Source of the DNA: the human T2T-CHM13v2.0 reference genome, Homo sapiens
NCBI RefSeq assembly: GCF_009914755.1
Contig: NC_060937.1
Reading direction: 5' to 3' (one strand)
DNA: 64,000 nt
Shown: positions 15,702-31,900 of the stretch, one piece after another
Position numbering within the stretch: the first letter of the stretch is position 1
How the letters are laid out: the number at the start of each line of letters is the position of its first letter
Translations under genes and position numbers: made by a program
The notes under the pieces: generated by a model
What the model was told of the DNA's origin: nothing
Databases searched by the model: none
What the model saw: only the letters and a program-made list of their open reading frames with translations

Positions 15702-18700
15702 CAAAGTACCCAAAGTGTATATTATATACTGTACATAAAATATGAAGGTTCATCAAATATATTTTATATTCTGCACATAATATATCAAAGTACAGCAAAT
15801 ATATATTATATACTGTACATAAAATAACAAAGTACCAAAAATATGTATTATATACTGTACATAAAGTATGAAAGTAACCAAATATTTATAATAAACTGTA
15901 TATAAAATATCAAAGTACTCAAACTACATATTATATACAGTATATAAAATATCAAAGTACCCAAACTGTATATTATATACTGTACATACTATATTAAAGT
16001 ACCCGAATATATAGCATACTGTACATAAAATATCAAATTACCCAAAATATATATTGTATACTGTACATAAAATATGAAGGTACATCAAAGATATATTATA
16101 TTCTGTACATAAAATATCAAAGTACACCAAATATATATTATATGCTGTACATAATATATTAAAGTCGACCAAATATATATTATATACTGTACATAAAATA
16201 TGAAGATACATCAAATATATATTATATGCTGCACATAAAATATCAAAGTACCCAAAGTATGTATTATATACTGTACATAAAATATCAAAGTACCCAAAGT
16301 ATATATTATATACTGTACATAAAATATAAAATACCCCATATATATATTATATGCTGTACATAAAATATCAAAGTACACAAAATATGTATTATGTACTGTA
16401 CATAAAATATCAAAGGATCCAATATATATATTATATAGTGTACATGAAATATCAAAATACCCAAAATATATATTATATACTGTACATAAAATACCAAAGT
16501 ACCCAAAGTATATATTATATACCGTACAAAAAATATCAAAGTAGCCAAAATATGTATTATACACTGTACGTAATATATGAAAGTACCCAAACATTTATAA
16601 TAAACTGTACATAAAATATCAATGTACTCAAACTATATATTATGTGCGCTACATAAGATATCAAAGTACCCATACTATATAGTATATACTGTACTTAAAA
16701 TATCAAAATACCCAAAATATATATTATATACGTTATATAAACTATCAAATACACAAAGTATGTATTATATACTGTACATAAAATAGCAAAGTTCCCAAAA
16801 TATGTATTATATACTGTACATAAAATATGAAAGTACCCAACCATTTATAATAAAGTCTACATAAAATACCAAAGTACCCAAACTGTGTATTATATACTGT
16901 CCATAAAATATCAAAGGTCCCAAAATATATATCGTAAACTCTACATAAAATATCAAAGTAGCCAAAATACATATTGTATACTGTACATAAAATATAAAAG
17001 TACCCCAAATATGTATTATATACTGTACATAAAATATCAAAGTACCGATAATACATATTATATACTGTACATAAAATATCAGAGGACCCAAAATAAACAT
17101 TATATACTGTACATAAAATATCCAAATACTCACAATATATATTACATACTGTACATAAAATATCAAAGTACCCAAATTATGTATTATATATTGTACGTAA
17201 AATATCAGAGTACCCAAAATATGCATTATATACTGTACATAAAATATGAAAGTAACAATACATTTATAATAAACTGTACATAAAATATCAAAGTACTCAA
17301 ACTATATATCATTTACTGTACATAAAATATCAAAGTACCCAAACTGTGTATTATTATATACTGTATATAAAATATCAAAGTACCTGAAATATATATTGTA
17401 TACTGTACATAAAATATCAAAGTACCCAAAATATATACTATATACTGTACATAAAATATGAAGGTACATCAAATATATATTATATCCTGTACATAAAATA
17501 TCAAAGTACACCTATTATATATTGTGTACTGTACATAATATATTAAATCGCCCAAATATATATTGTATACTGTATATAAAATATGAAGGTACTTCAAATA
17601 TATATTATATGCTGCACATAAAATATCAAAGTACCCAAAGTATGCATTACATACTCTACATAAAATATCAAAGTACACATATTATATATTATATAATGTA
17701 CATAAAATATGAAGGTTCATCAAATATATATTATATTCTGTACATAATATATCAAAGTACATCAAATATATATTATATACGGTACATAAAATATCAAAGT
17801 ACCAAAAATATGTATTATATACTGTACATAAAACATGAAAGTAACCAAACATTTATAATAAACTGTACATTAAATATCAAAGTACTCAATGTACATATTA
17901 TATACAGTATATAAAATATCAAAGTACACAAACTGTATATTATATACTGTACATAATATATCAAAGTACCCAGAATATATAGCATACTGTACATAAAATA
18001 TCAAAGTACCCAAAATATATATTGTATACTGTACATAAAATATGAAGGTACATCAAAGATATATTATATTCTGTACATAAAATATCAAACTACACCAAAT
18101 ATATATTATATGCTGTACATAATATATTAAAGTTGCCCATATATGCATTATATACTGTACATAAAATATGAACGTACATCAAATATATAGTATATGCTGC
18201 ACATAAAATATCAAAGTACCCAAAGTATGTATTATACACTGTACATAAAATATCAAAGTACCAAAAGTATATATTACATACTGTAAATAAAATATGAAGG
18301 TACGTCAAATATATATTCTATTCTATACATAAAATATCAAAGTACACCAAGTATATACTATATATTCTGCATAAAATATTAAATTACCCGAAATATGTAT
18401 TGTATTGTGTACATAAAATATGAAAGTAACCAAACATTTATAATAAACTGTACATAAAATATCAAAGTACTCAAACTGTATATGATATACTGTACATAAA
18501 GTATCAAAGTACCCAAACTGTGTAGTATATACTGTACATAAAATATCAAGGTACCCAAAATGTATATTGTAAACTGTAGATAAAATATCAAAGTACCCAA
18601 AATATATATTATATACTGTACATGAAATATGAAGGCACATCCAATATATATTATACTCTGTACATAAAATATCAAAGTACACCAAATGTATATTCTATAC

Positions 18701-19999
18701 TGTACATAAAATATCAAAGTACCCAAAGTGTATATTATATACTGTACATAAAATATGAAGGTTCATCAAATATATTTTATATTCTGCACATAATATATCA
18801 AAGTACAGCAAAATATCAAAATACCCAAAATATATATTATATACTGTACATAAAATACCAAAGTACCCTAAGTATATATTATATACTGTATAAAAAATAT
18901 CAAAGTAGCCAAAATATGTATTATACACTGTACATAATATATGAAAGTACCCAAACATTTATAATAAACTGTACATAAAATATCAATGTACTCAAACTAT
19001 ATATTATGTGCGGTACATAAGATATCAAAGTACCCATACTATATAGTATATACTGTACTTAAAATATCAAAATACCCAAAATATATATTATATACGTTAC
19101 ATAAACTATCAAATACACAAAGTATGTATTATATACTGCACATAAAAGAGCAAAGTTCCCAAAATATGTATTATATACTGTACATAAAATATGAAAGTAC
19201 CCAACCATTTATAATAAAGTCTACATAAAATACCAAAGTACCCAAACTGTGTATTATATACTGTCCATAAAATATCAAAGTACCCAAAATATATATTCTA
19301 AACTCTACATAAAATATCAAAGTAGCCAAAATACATATTGTATACTGTACATAAAATATAAAAGTACCCCAAATATATATTATATACTGTACATAAAATA
19401 TCAAAGTACCCATAATACATATTATATACTGTACATAAAATATCAAAGGACCCAAAATAAACATTATATACTGTACATAAAATATCCAAATACTCAAAAT
19501 ATATATTACATACTGTACATAAAATATCAAAGTACCCAAATTATGTATTATATACTGTACGTAAAATATCAGAGTACCCAAAATATGCATTATATACTGT
19601 ACATAAAATATGAAAGTAACAAAACATTTATAATAAACTGTACATAAAATATCAAAGTACTCAAACTATATATCATATACTGTACATAAAATATCAAAGT
19701 ACCCAAAATATATATTGTATACTGTACATAAAATATGAAGGTACATCAAAGATATATTATATTCTGTACATAAAATATCAAACTACACCAAATATATATT
19801 ATATGCTGTACATAATATATCAAAGTTGCCCATATATACATTCTATACTGTACATAAAATATGAACGTACATCAAATATATAGTATATGCTGCACATAAA
19901 ATATCAAAGTACCCAAAGTATGTATTATACACTGTACATAAAATATCAAAGTACCAAAAGTATATATTACATACTGTAAATAAAATATGAAGGTACCTC

Positions 20000-22900
20000 A
20001 AATATATATTATATTCTATACATAAAATATCAAAGTACACCAAGTATATACTATATACTCTGCATAAAATATTAAATTACCCAAAATATGTATTGCATTG
20101 TGTACATAAAATATGAAAGTAACCAAACGTTTATAATAAACTGTACATAAAATATCAAAGTACTCAAACTGTATATTATATACTGTACATAAAGTATCAA
20201 AGTACCCAAACTGTGTAGTATATATTGTACATAAAATACCAAGGTACCCAAAATATATATTGTAAACTGTAGATAAAATATCAAAGTACCCAAAATATAT
20301 ATTATATACTGTACATGAAATATGAAGGCACATCCAATATATATTATACTCTGTACATAAAATATCAAAGTACACCAAATGTATATTATATACTGTACAT
20401 AAAATATGAAAGTACCCAATGTGTATATTATATACTGTACATAAACTATGAAGGTTCATCAAATATATTTTATATTCTGCACATAATATATCAAAGTACA
20501 GCAAATATATATTATATACTGTACATAAAATATCAAAGTACCCAAAATATGTATTATATACTGTACATAAAATATGAAAGTAAGCAAACATTTATAATAA
20601 ACTGTACATAAAGTATCAAAGTACTCAAACTACATATTATATACAGTATATAAAATATCAAAGTACCCAAACTGTATATTATATACTGTACATAATATAT
20701 CAAAGTACCCGAATATATAGTATACTCCACATAAAATATCAAAGTACCCAAAGTTTGTATTATACACTGCACATAAAATATGGAGGCACATCAAAGATAT
20801 ATTATATTCTGTACATAAAATATCAAAGTACACCAAATATATATTATATGCTGTACATAATATATTAAAGTCGACCAAATATATATTATATACTGTACAT
20901 AAAATATGAAGGTACATCAAATATATATTATATGCTGCACATAAAATATCAAAGTACCCAAAGTATGTGTTATATACTGTACATAAAATATCAAAGTACC
21001 CAAAGTATATATTATATACTGTACATAAAATATAAAATACCCCAAATATATATTATATGCTCTATATAAAATATCAAAGTACACAAAATATGTATTATAT
21101 ACTGTACATAAAATACCAAAGGACCCAAAATATATATTATATACTGTACATAAAATATCAAAATACCCAAAATATATATTATATACTGTACATAAAATAC
21201 CAAAGTACCCAAAGTATATATTATATACCGTACAAAAAATATCAAAGTAGCCAAAATATGTATTATACACTGTACATAATATATGAAAGTACCCAAACAT
21301 TTATAATAAACTGTACATAAAATATCAATGTACTCAAACTATATATTATGTGCGGTACATAAGATATCAAAGTACCCATACTATATAGTATATACTGTAC
21401 TTAAAATATCAAAATACCCAAAATGTATATTATATACGTTACATAAACTATCACATACACAAAGTATGTATTATATACTGTACATAAAATAGCAAAGTTC
21501 CCAAAATATGTATTATATACTGTACATAAAATATGAAAGTACCCAACCATTCATAATAAAGTCTACATAAAATACCAAAGTACCCAAACTGTGTATTATA
21601 TACTGTCCATAAAATATCAAAGGACCCAAAATATATATTGTAAACTCTACATAAAATATCAAAGTAGCCAAAATACATATTGTATACTGTACATAAAATA
21701 TAAAAGTACCCGAAATATATATTATATACTGTACATAAAATATCAAAGTACCCATAATACATATTATATACTGTACATAAAATATCAAAGGACCCAAAAT
21801 AAACATTATATACTGTACATAAAATATCCAAATACTCAAAATATATATTACATACTGTACATAAAATATCAAAGTACCCAAATTATGTATTATATACTGT
21901 ACGTAAAATATCAGAGTACCCAAAATATGCATTATATACTGTACATAAAATATGAAAGTAACAAAACATTTATAATAAACTGTACATAAAATATCAAAGT
22001 ACTCAAACTATATATCATATACTGTACATAAAATATCAAAGTACACAAACTGTGTATTATTACATACTTTATATAAAATATCAAAGTACCTGAAATATAT
22101 ATTTTATACTGTACATAAAATATCAAAGTACCCAAAATATATACTATATACTGTACATAAAATATGAAGGTACATCAAATATATATTATATCCTGTACAT
22201 AAAATATCAAAGTACTCCTATTATATATTGTGTACTGTACATAATATATTAAATCGCCCAAATATATATTTTATACTGTATATGAAATATGAAGTTATTT
22301 CAAATATATATTATATGCTGCACATAAAATATCAAAGTACCCAAAGTATGCATTACATACTGTACATAAAATATCAAAGTACACAAATTATATATTATAT
22401 TCTGTACATAAAATATGTAGGTTCGTCAAATATATTTTATATTCTGTACATAATATATCAAAGTACATCAAATATATATTATATACGGTACATAAAATAT
22501 CAAAGTACCCAAAATATGTACTATTTACTGTACATAAAATATGAAAGTAACCAAACATTTATAATAAACTGTACATAAAATATCAAAGTACTCAATCTAC
22601 ATATTATATACAGTATATAAAATATCAAAGTACACAAACTGTATATTATATACTGTACATAATATATCAAAGTACCCAGAATATATAGCATACTGTACAT
22701 ACAATATCAAAGTACCCAGAATGTATATTGTATACTGTACATAAAATATGAAGGTACATCAAAGATATATTATATTCTGTACATAAAATATCAAAGTACA
22801 CCAAATATATATTATATGCTGTACATAATATATTAAAGTTGCCCATGTATACATTTTATACTGTACATAAAATATGAAGGTACATCAAATATATAGTATA

Positions 22901-25900
22901 TGCTGCACATAAAATATCAAAGTACCCAAAGTATGTATTATATACTGTACATAAAATATCAAAGTACCAAAAGTATATATTACCTACTGTAAATAAAATA
23001 TGAAGATACCTCAAATATATATTATATTCTGTACATAAAATATCAAAGTACACCAAGTATATACTATATACTCTACATAAAATATTAAATTACCCAAAAT
23101 ATGTATTGTATTGTGTACATAAAATATGAAAGTATCCAAACATTTATAATAAACTGTACATAAAATATCAAAGTACTCAAACTGTATATTATATACTGTA
23201 CATAAAGTATCAAAGTACCCAAACTGTGTAGTATATACTGTACATAAAATATCAAGGTACCCAAAATATATATTGTAAACTGTAGATAAAATATCAAAAT
23301 ACCCAAAATATATATTATATACTGTACATAAAATATGAAGGCACATCCAATATATATTATATTCTGTACATAAAATATCAAAGTACACCAAATGTATATT
23401 ATATACTGTACATAAAATATCAAAGTACCCAAAGTGTATATTATATACTGTACATAAAATATGAAGGTTCATCAAATATATTTTATACTCTGCACATAAT
23501 ATATCAAAGTACAGCAAATATATATTATATACTGTACATAAAATATCAAAGTACCCAGAATATGTATTATATACTGTACATAAAATATGAAAGTAAGCAA
23601 ACATTTATAATAAACTGTACATAAAGTATCAAAGTACTCAAACTACATATTATATACAGTATATAAAATATCAAAGTACACAAACTGTATATTATATACT
23701 GTACATAATATATCAAAGTACCCGAATATATAGCATACTCTACATAAAATATCAAAGTACCCAAAGTTTGTATTATACACTGCACATAAAATATGAAGGT
23801 ACATCAAAGATATATTATATTCTGTACATAAAATATCAAAGTACACCAACTATATATTATATGCTGTACATAATATATTAAAGTCGACCAAATATATATT
23901 ATATACTGTACATAAAATATGAAGGTACATCAAATATATATTATATGCTGCACATAAAATATCAAAGTACCCAAAGTATGTGTTATATACTGTACATAAA
24001 ATATCAAAGTACCCAAAGTATATATTATATACTGTACATAAAATATAAAATACCCCAAATATATATTATATGCTGTACATAAAATATCAAAGTACACAAA
24101 ATATGTATTATATACTGTACATAAAATACCAAAGGACCCAAAATATATATTATATACTGTACATAAAATATCAAAATACCCAAAATATATATTATATACT
24201 GTACATAAAATACCAAAGTACCCAAAGTATATATTATATACCGTACAAAAAATATCAAAGTAGCCAAAATATGTATTATACACTGTACATAATATATGAA
24301 AGTACCCAAACATTTATAATAAACTGTACATAAAATATCAATGTACTCAAACTATATATTATGTGCGCTACATAAGATATCAAAGTACCCATACTATATA
24401 GTATATACTGTACTTAAAATATCAAAATACCCAAAATATATATTATATACGTTACATAAACTATCAAATACACAAAGTATGTATTATATACTGTACATAA
24501 AATAGCAAAGTTCCCAAAATATGTATTATATACTGTACATAAAATATGAAAGTACCCAACCATTTATAATAAAGTCTACATAAAATACCAAAGTACCCAA
24601 ACTGTGTATTATATACTGTCCATAAAATATCAAAGGACCCAAAATATATATTGTAAACTCTACATAAAATATTAAAGTAGCCAAAATACATATTGTATAC
24701 TGTACATAAAATATAAAAGTACCCCAAATATATATTATATACTGTACATAAAATATCAAAGTACCCATAATACATATTATATACTGTACATAAAATATCA
24801 AAGGACCCAAAATAAACATTATATACTGTACATAAAATATCCAAATACTCAAAATACATATTACATACTGTACATAAAATATCAAAGTACCCAAATTATG
24901 TATTATATACTGTACGTAAAATATCAGAGTACCCAAAATATGCATTATATACTGTACATAAAAAATGAAAGTAACAAAACATTTATAATAAACTGTACAT
25001 AAAATATCAAAGTACTCAAACTATATATCATATACTGTACATAAAATATCAAAGTACCCAAACTGTGTATTATTATATACTGTATATAAAATATCAAAGT
25101 ACCTGAAATATATATTGTATACTGTACATAAAATATCAAAGTACCCAAAATATATACTATATACTGTACATAAAATATGAAGGTACATCAAATATATATT
25201 ATATCCTGTACATAAAATATCAAAGTACACCTATTATATATTGTGTACTGTACATAATATATTAAATCGCCCAAATATATATCGTATACTGTATATAAAA
25301 TATGAAGGTACTTCAAATATATATTGTATGCTGCACATAAAATATCAAAGTACCCAAAGAATGCATTACATACTGTACATAAAATATCAAGGTACACAAA
25401 TTATATATTATATACTGTACATAAAATATGTAGGTTCATCAAATATATTTTATATTCTGTACATAATATATCAAAGTACATCAAATATATATTATATACT
25501 GTACATAAAATATCAAAGTACCCAAAATATGTATTATATACTGTACATAAAACATGAAAGTAAGCAAACATTTATAATAAACTGTACATAAAATATCAAA
25601 GTACTCAATCTACATATTATATACAGTATATAAAATATCAAGGTACACAAACTGTATAATATATACTGTACATAATATATCAAAGTACCCAGAATATATA
25701 GCATACTGTACATAAAATATCAAAGTACCCAAAATATATATTGTATACTGTACATAAAATATGAAGGTACATCAAAGATATATTATATTCTGTACATAAA
25801 ATATCAAACTACACCAAATATGTATTGTATGCTGTACATAATATATTAAAGTTGCCCATATATACATTATATACTGTACATAAAATATGAACGTACATCA

Positions 25901-28900
25901 AATATATAGTATATGCTGCACATAAAATATCAAAGTACCCAAAGTATGTATTATACACTGTACATAAAATATCAAAGTACCAAAAGTATATATTACATAC
26001 TGTAAATAAAATATGAAGGTACCTCAAATATATATTATATTCTGTACATAAAATATCAAAGTACACCAAGTATATACTATATACTCTGCATAAAATATTA
26101 AATTACCCAAAATATGTATTGTATTGTGTACATAAAATATGAAAGTATCCAAACATTTATAATAAACTGTACATAAAATATCAAAGTACTCAAACTGTAT
26201 ATTATATACTATACATAAAGTATCAAAGTACCCAAACTGTGTAGTATATACTGTACATAAAATATCAAGGTACCCAAAATATATATTGTAAACTGTAGAT
26301 AAAATATCAAAGTACCCAAAATATATATTATATACTGTACATAAAATATGAAGGCACATCCAATATATATTATATTCTGTACATAAAATATCAAAGTACA
26401 CCAAATGTATATAATATACTGTACATAAAATATCAAAGTACCCAAATTGTATATTATATACTGTACATAAAATATGAAGGTTCATCAAATATATTTTATA
26501 TTCTGCACATCATATATCAAAGTACAGCAAATATATATTATATACTGTACATAAAATATCAAAGTACCCAAAATATGTATTATATACTGTACATAAAATA
26601 TGAAAGTAACCAAACATTTATAATACACTGTACATAAAGTATCAAAGTACTCAAACTACATATTATATACAGTATATAAAATATCAAAGTACCCAAACTG
26701 TATATTATATACTGTACATAATATATCAAAGTACCCGAATATATAGCATACTCTACATAAAATATCAAAGTACCCAAAGTTTGTATTATACACTGCACAG
26801 AAAATATGAAGGTACATCAAAGATATATTATATTCTGTACATAAAATATCAAAGTACACCAAATATATATTATATGCTGTACATAATATATTAAAGTCGA
26901 CCAAATATATATTATATACTGTACATAAAATATGAAGGTACATCAAATATATATTATATGCTGCACATAAAATATCAAAGTACCCAAAGTATGTGTTATA
27001 TACTGTACATAAAATATCAAATTACCCAAAGTATATATTATATACTGTACATAAAATATAAAATACCCCAAATATATATTATATGCTCTACATAAAATAT
27101 CAAAGTACACAAAATATGTATTATATACTGTACATAAAATACCAAAGGACCCAAAATATATATTATATACTGTACATAAAATATCAAAATTCCCAAAATA
27201 TATATTATATACTGTACATAAAATACCAAAGTACCCAAAGTATATATTATATACCGTACAAAAAATATCAAAGTAGCCAAAATATGTATTATACACTGTA
27301 CATAATATATGAAAGTACCCAAACATTTATAATAAATTGTACATAAAATATCAATGTACTCCAACTATATATTATGTGCGGTACATAAGATATCAAAGTA
27401 CCCATACTATATAGTATATACTGTACTTAAAATATCAAAATACCCAAAATATATATTATATACGTTACATAAACTATCAAATACACAAAGTATGTATTAT
27501 GTACTGTACATAAAATAGCAAAGTTCCCAAAATATGTATTATATACTGTACATAAAATATGAAAGTACCCAACCATTTATAATAAACTCTACATAAAATA
27601 CCAAAGTACCCAAACTGTGTATTATATACTGTCCATAAAATATCAAAGTACCCAAAATATATATTGTAAACTCTACATAAAATATCAAAGTAGCCAAAAT
27701 ACATATTGTATACTGTACATAAAATATAAAAGTACCCCAAATATATATTATATACTGTACATAAAATATCAAAGTACCCATAATACATATTATATACTGT
27801 ACATAAAATATCAAAGGACCCAAAATAAACATTATATACTGTACATAAAATATCCAAATACTCAAAATATATATTACATACTGTACATAAAATATCAAAG
27901 TACCCAAATTATGTATTATATACTGTACGTAAAATATCAGAGTACCCAAAATATGCATTATATACTGTACATAAAATATGAAAGTAACAAAACATTTATA
28001 AAAAACTGTACATAAAATATCAAAGTACTCAAACTATATATCATATACTGTACATAAAATATCAAAGTACCCAAACTGTGTATTATTATATACTGTATAT
28101 AAAATATCAAAGTACCTGAAATATATACTGTATACTGTACATAAAATATCAAAGTACCCAAAATATATACTATATACTGTACATAAAATATGAAGGTACA
28201 TCAAATATATATTATATCCTGTACATAAAATATCAAAGTACACCTATTATATATTGTGTACTGTACATAATATATTAAATCGCCCAAATATATATTGTAT
28301 ACTGTATATAAAATATGAAGGTACTTCAAATATATATTATATGCTGCACATAAAATATCAAAGTACCCAAGGTATGCATTACATACTGTACATAAAATAT
28401 CAAAGTACACATATTATATATTATATAATGTACATAAAATATGAAGGTTCATCAAATATATATTATATTCTGTACATAATATATCAATGTACATCAAATA
28501 TATATTATATACTGTACATAAAATATCAAAGTACCAAAAATATGTATTATATACTGTACATAAAACATGAAAGTAACCAAACATTTATAATAAACTGTAC
28601 ATAAAATATCAAAGTACTCAATCTACATATTATATACAGTATATAAAATATCAAAGTACACAAACTGTATATTATATACTGTACATAATATATCAAAGTA
28701 CCCAGAATATATAGCATACTGTACATAGAATATCAAAGTACCCAAAATATATATTGTATACTGTACATAAAATATGAAGGTACATCAAAGATATATTATA
28801 TTCTGTACATAAAATATGAAAGTACACCAAATATATATTATATGCTGTACATAATATATTAAAGTTGCCCATATATACATTATATACTGTACATAAAATA

Positions 28901-31900
28901 TGAACGTACATCAAATATATAGTATATGCTGCACATAAAATATCAAAGTACCCAAAGTATGTATTATACACTGTACATAAAATATCAAAGTACCAAAAGT
29001 ATATATTACATACTGTAAATAAAATATGAAGGTACCTCAAATATATATTATATTCTGTACATAAAATATCAAAGTACACCAAGTATATACTATATACTCT
29101 GCATAAAATATTAAATTACCTGAAATATGTATTGCATTGTGTACATAAAATATGAAAGTAACCAAACATTTATAATAAACTGTACATAAAATATCAAAGT
29201 ACTCAAACTGTATATTATATACTCTACATAAAGTATCAAAGTACCCAAACTGTGTAGTATATACTGTACATAAAATATCAAGGTACCCAAAATATATATT
29301 GTAAACTGTAGATAAAATATCAAAGTACCCAAAATATATATTATATACTGTACATAAAATATGAAGGCACATCCAATATATATTATATTCTGTACATAAA
29401 ATATCAAAGTACACCAAATGTATATTATATACTGTACATAAAATATCAAAGTACCCAAAGTGTATATTATATACTGTACATAAAATATGAAGGTTCATCA
29501 AATATATTTTATATTCTGCACATAATATATCAAAGTACAGCAAATATATATTATATACTGTACATAAAATATCAAAGTACCCAAAATATGTATTATATAC
29601 TGTACATAAAATATGAAAGTAAGCAAACATTTATAATAAACTGTACATAAAGTATCAAAGTACTCAAACTACATATTATATACAGTATATAAAATATCAA
29701 AGTACCCAAACTGTATATTATATACTGTACATAATATATCAAAGTACCCGAATATATAGCATACTCTACATAAAATATCAAAGTACCCAAAGTTTGTATT
29801 ATACACTGCACATAAAATATGAAGGTACAACAAAGATATATTATATTCTCTACATAAAATATCAAAGTACACCAAATATATATTATATGCTGTACATAAT
29901 ATATTAAAGTCGACCAAATATATATTATATACTGTACATAAAATATGAAGGTACATCAAATATATATTATATGCTGCACATAAAATATCAAAGTACCCAA
30001 AGTATGTGTTATATACTGTACATAAAATATCAAATTACCCAAAGTATATATTATATACTGTACATAAAATATAAAATACCCCAAATATATATTATATGCT
30101 CTACATAAAATATCAAAGTACACAAAATATGTATTATATACTGTACATAAAATACCAAAGGACCCAAAATATATATTATATACTGTACATAAAATATCAA
30201 AATTCCCAAAATATATATTATATACTGTACATAAAATACCAAAGTACCCAAAGTATATGTTATATACCGTACAAAAAATATCAAAGTAGCCAAAATATGT
30301 ATTATACACTGTACATAATATATGAAAGTACCCAAACATTTATAATAAACTGTACATAAAATATCAATGTACTCAAACTATATATTATGTGCGGTACATA
30401 AGATATCAAAGTACCCATACTATATAGTATATACTGTACTTAAAATATCAAAATACCCAAAATATATATTATATACGTTACATAAACTATCAAATACACA
30501 AAGTATGTATTATATACTGTACATAAAATAGCAAAGTTCCCAAAATATGTATTATATACTGTACATAAAATATGAAAGTACCCAACCATTTATAATAAAG
30601 TCTACATAAAATACCAAAGTACCCAAACTGTGTATTATATACTGTCCATAAAATATCAAAGGACCCAAAATATATATTGTAAACTCTACATAAAATATTA
30701 AAGTAGCCAAAATACATATTGTATACTGTACATAAAATATAAAAGTACCCCAAATATATATTATATACTGTACATAAAATATCAAAGTACCCATAATACA
30801 TATTATATACTGTACATAAAATATCAAAGGACCCAAAATAAACATTATATACTGTACATAAAATATCCAAATACTCAAAATATATATTACATACTGTACA
30901 TAAAATATCAAAGTACCCAAATTATGTATTATATACTGTACGTAAAATATCAGAGTACCAAATATGCATTATATACTGTACATAAAAAATGAAAGTAACA
31001 AAACATTTATAATAAACTGTACATAAAATATCAAAGTACTCAAACTATATATCATATACTGTACATAAAATATCAAAGTACCCAAACTGTGTATTATTAT
31101 ATACTGTATATAAAATATCAAAGTACCTGAAATATATACTGTATACTGTACATAAAATATCAAAGTACCCAAAATATATACTATATACTGTACATAAAAT
31201 ATGAAGGTACATCAAATATATATTATATCCTGTACATAAAATATCAAAGTACACCTATTATATATTGTGTACTGTACATAATATATTAAATCGCCCAAAT
31301 ATATATTGTATACTGTATATAAAATATGAAGGTACTTCAAATATATATTATATGCTGCACATAAAATATCAAAGTACCCAAAGAATGCATTACATACTGT
31401 ACATAAAATATCAAAATACACATGTTATCTATTATATAATGTACATAAAATATGAAGGTTCATCAAATATATATTATATTCTGTACATAATATATCAAAG
31501 TACATCAAATATATATTATATACTGTACATAAAATATCAAAGTACCAAAAATATGTATTATATACTGTACATAAAACATGAAAGTAACCAAACATTTATA
31601 ATAAACTGTACATAAAATATCAAAGTACTCAATCTACATATTATATACAGTATATAAAATATCAAAGTACACAAACTGTATATTATATACTGTACATAAT
31701 ATATCAAAGTACCCAGAATATATAGCATACTGTACATAAAATATCAAAGTACCCAAAATGTATATTGTATACTGTACATAAAATATGAAGGTACATCAAA
31801 GATATATTATATTCTGTACATAAAATATCAAAGTACACCAAATATATATTATATGCTGTACATAATATATTAAAGTTGCCCATATATACATTATATACTG

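Larger units (their letters stand above)
2100..19700. repeat. Block ~2.1-8.25 kb repeated at +11447 (~13.5-19.7 kb)
   Basis: Shared GGATCC at 4968 and 16415, CCAAACTTTT at ~3091 and ~14538, and the out-of-register junction at ~7365 and ~18812. ORF offsets are 11447 (5147/16594, 7511/18958). Boundaries are approximate. Confidence 0.82.
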
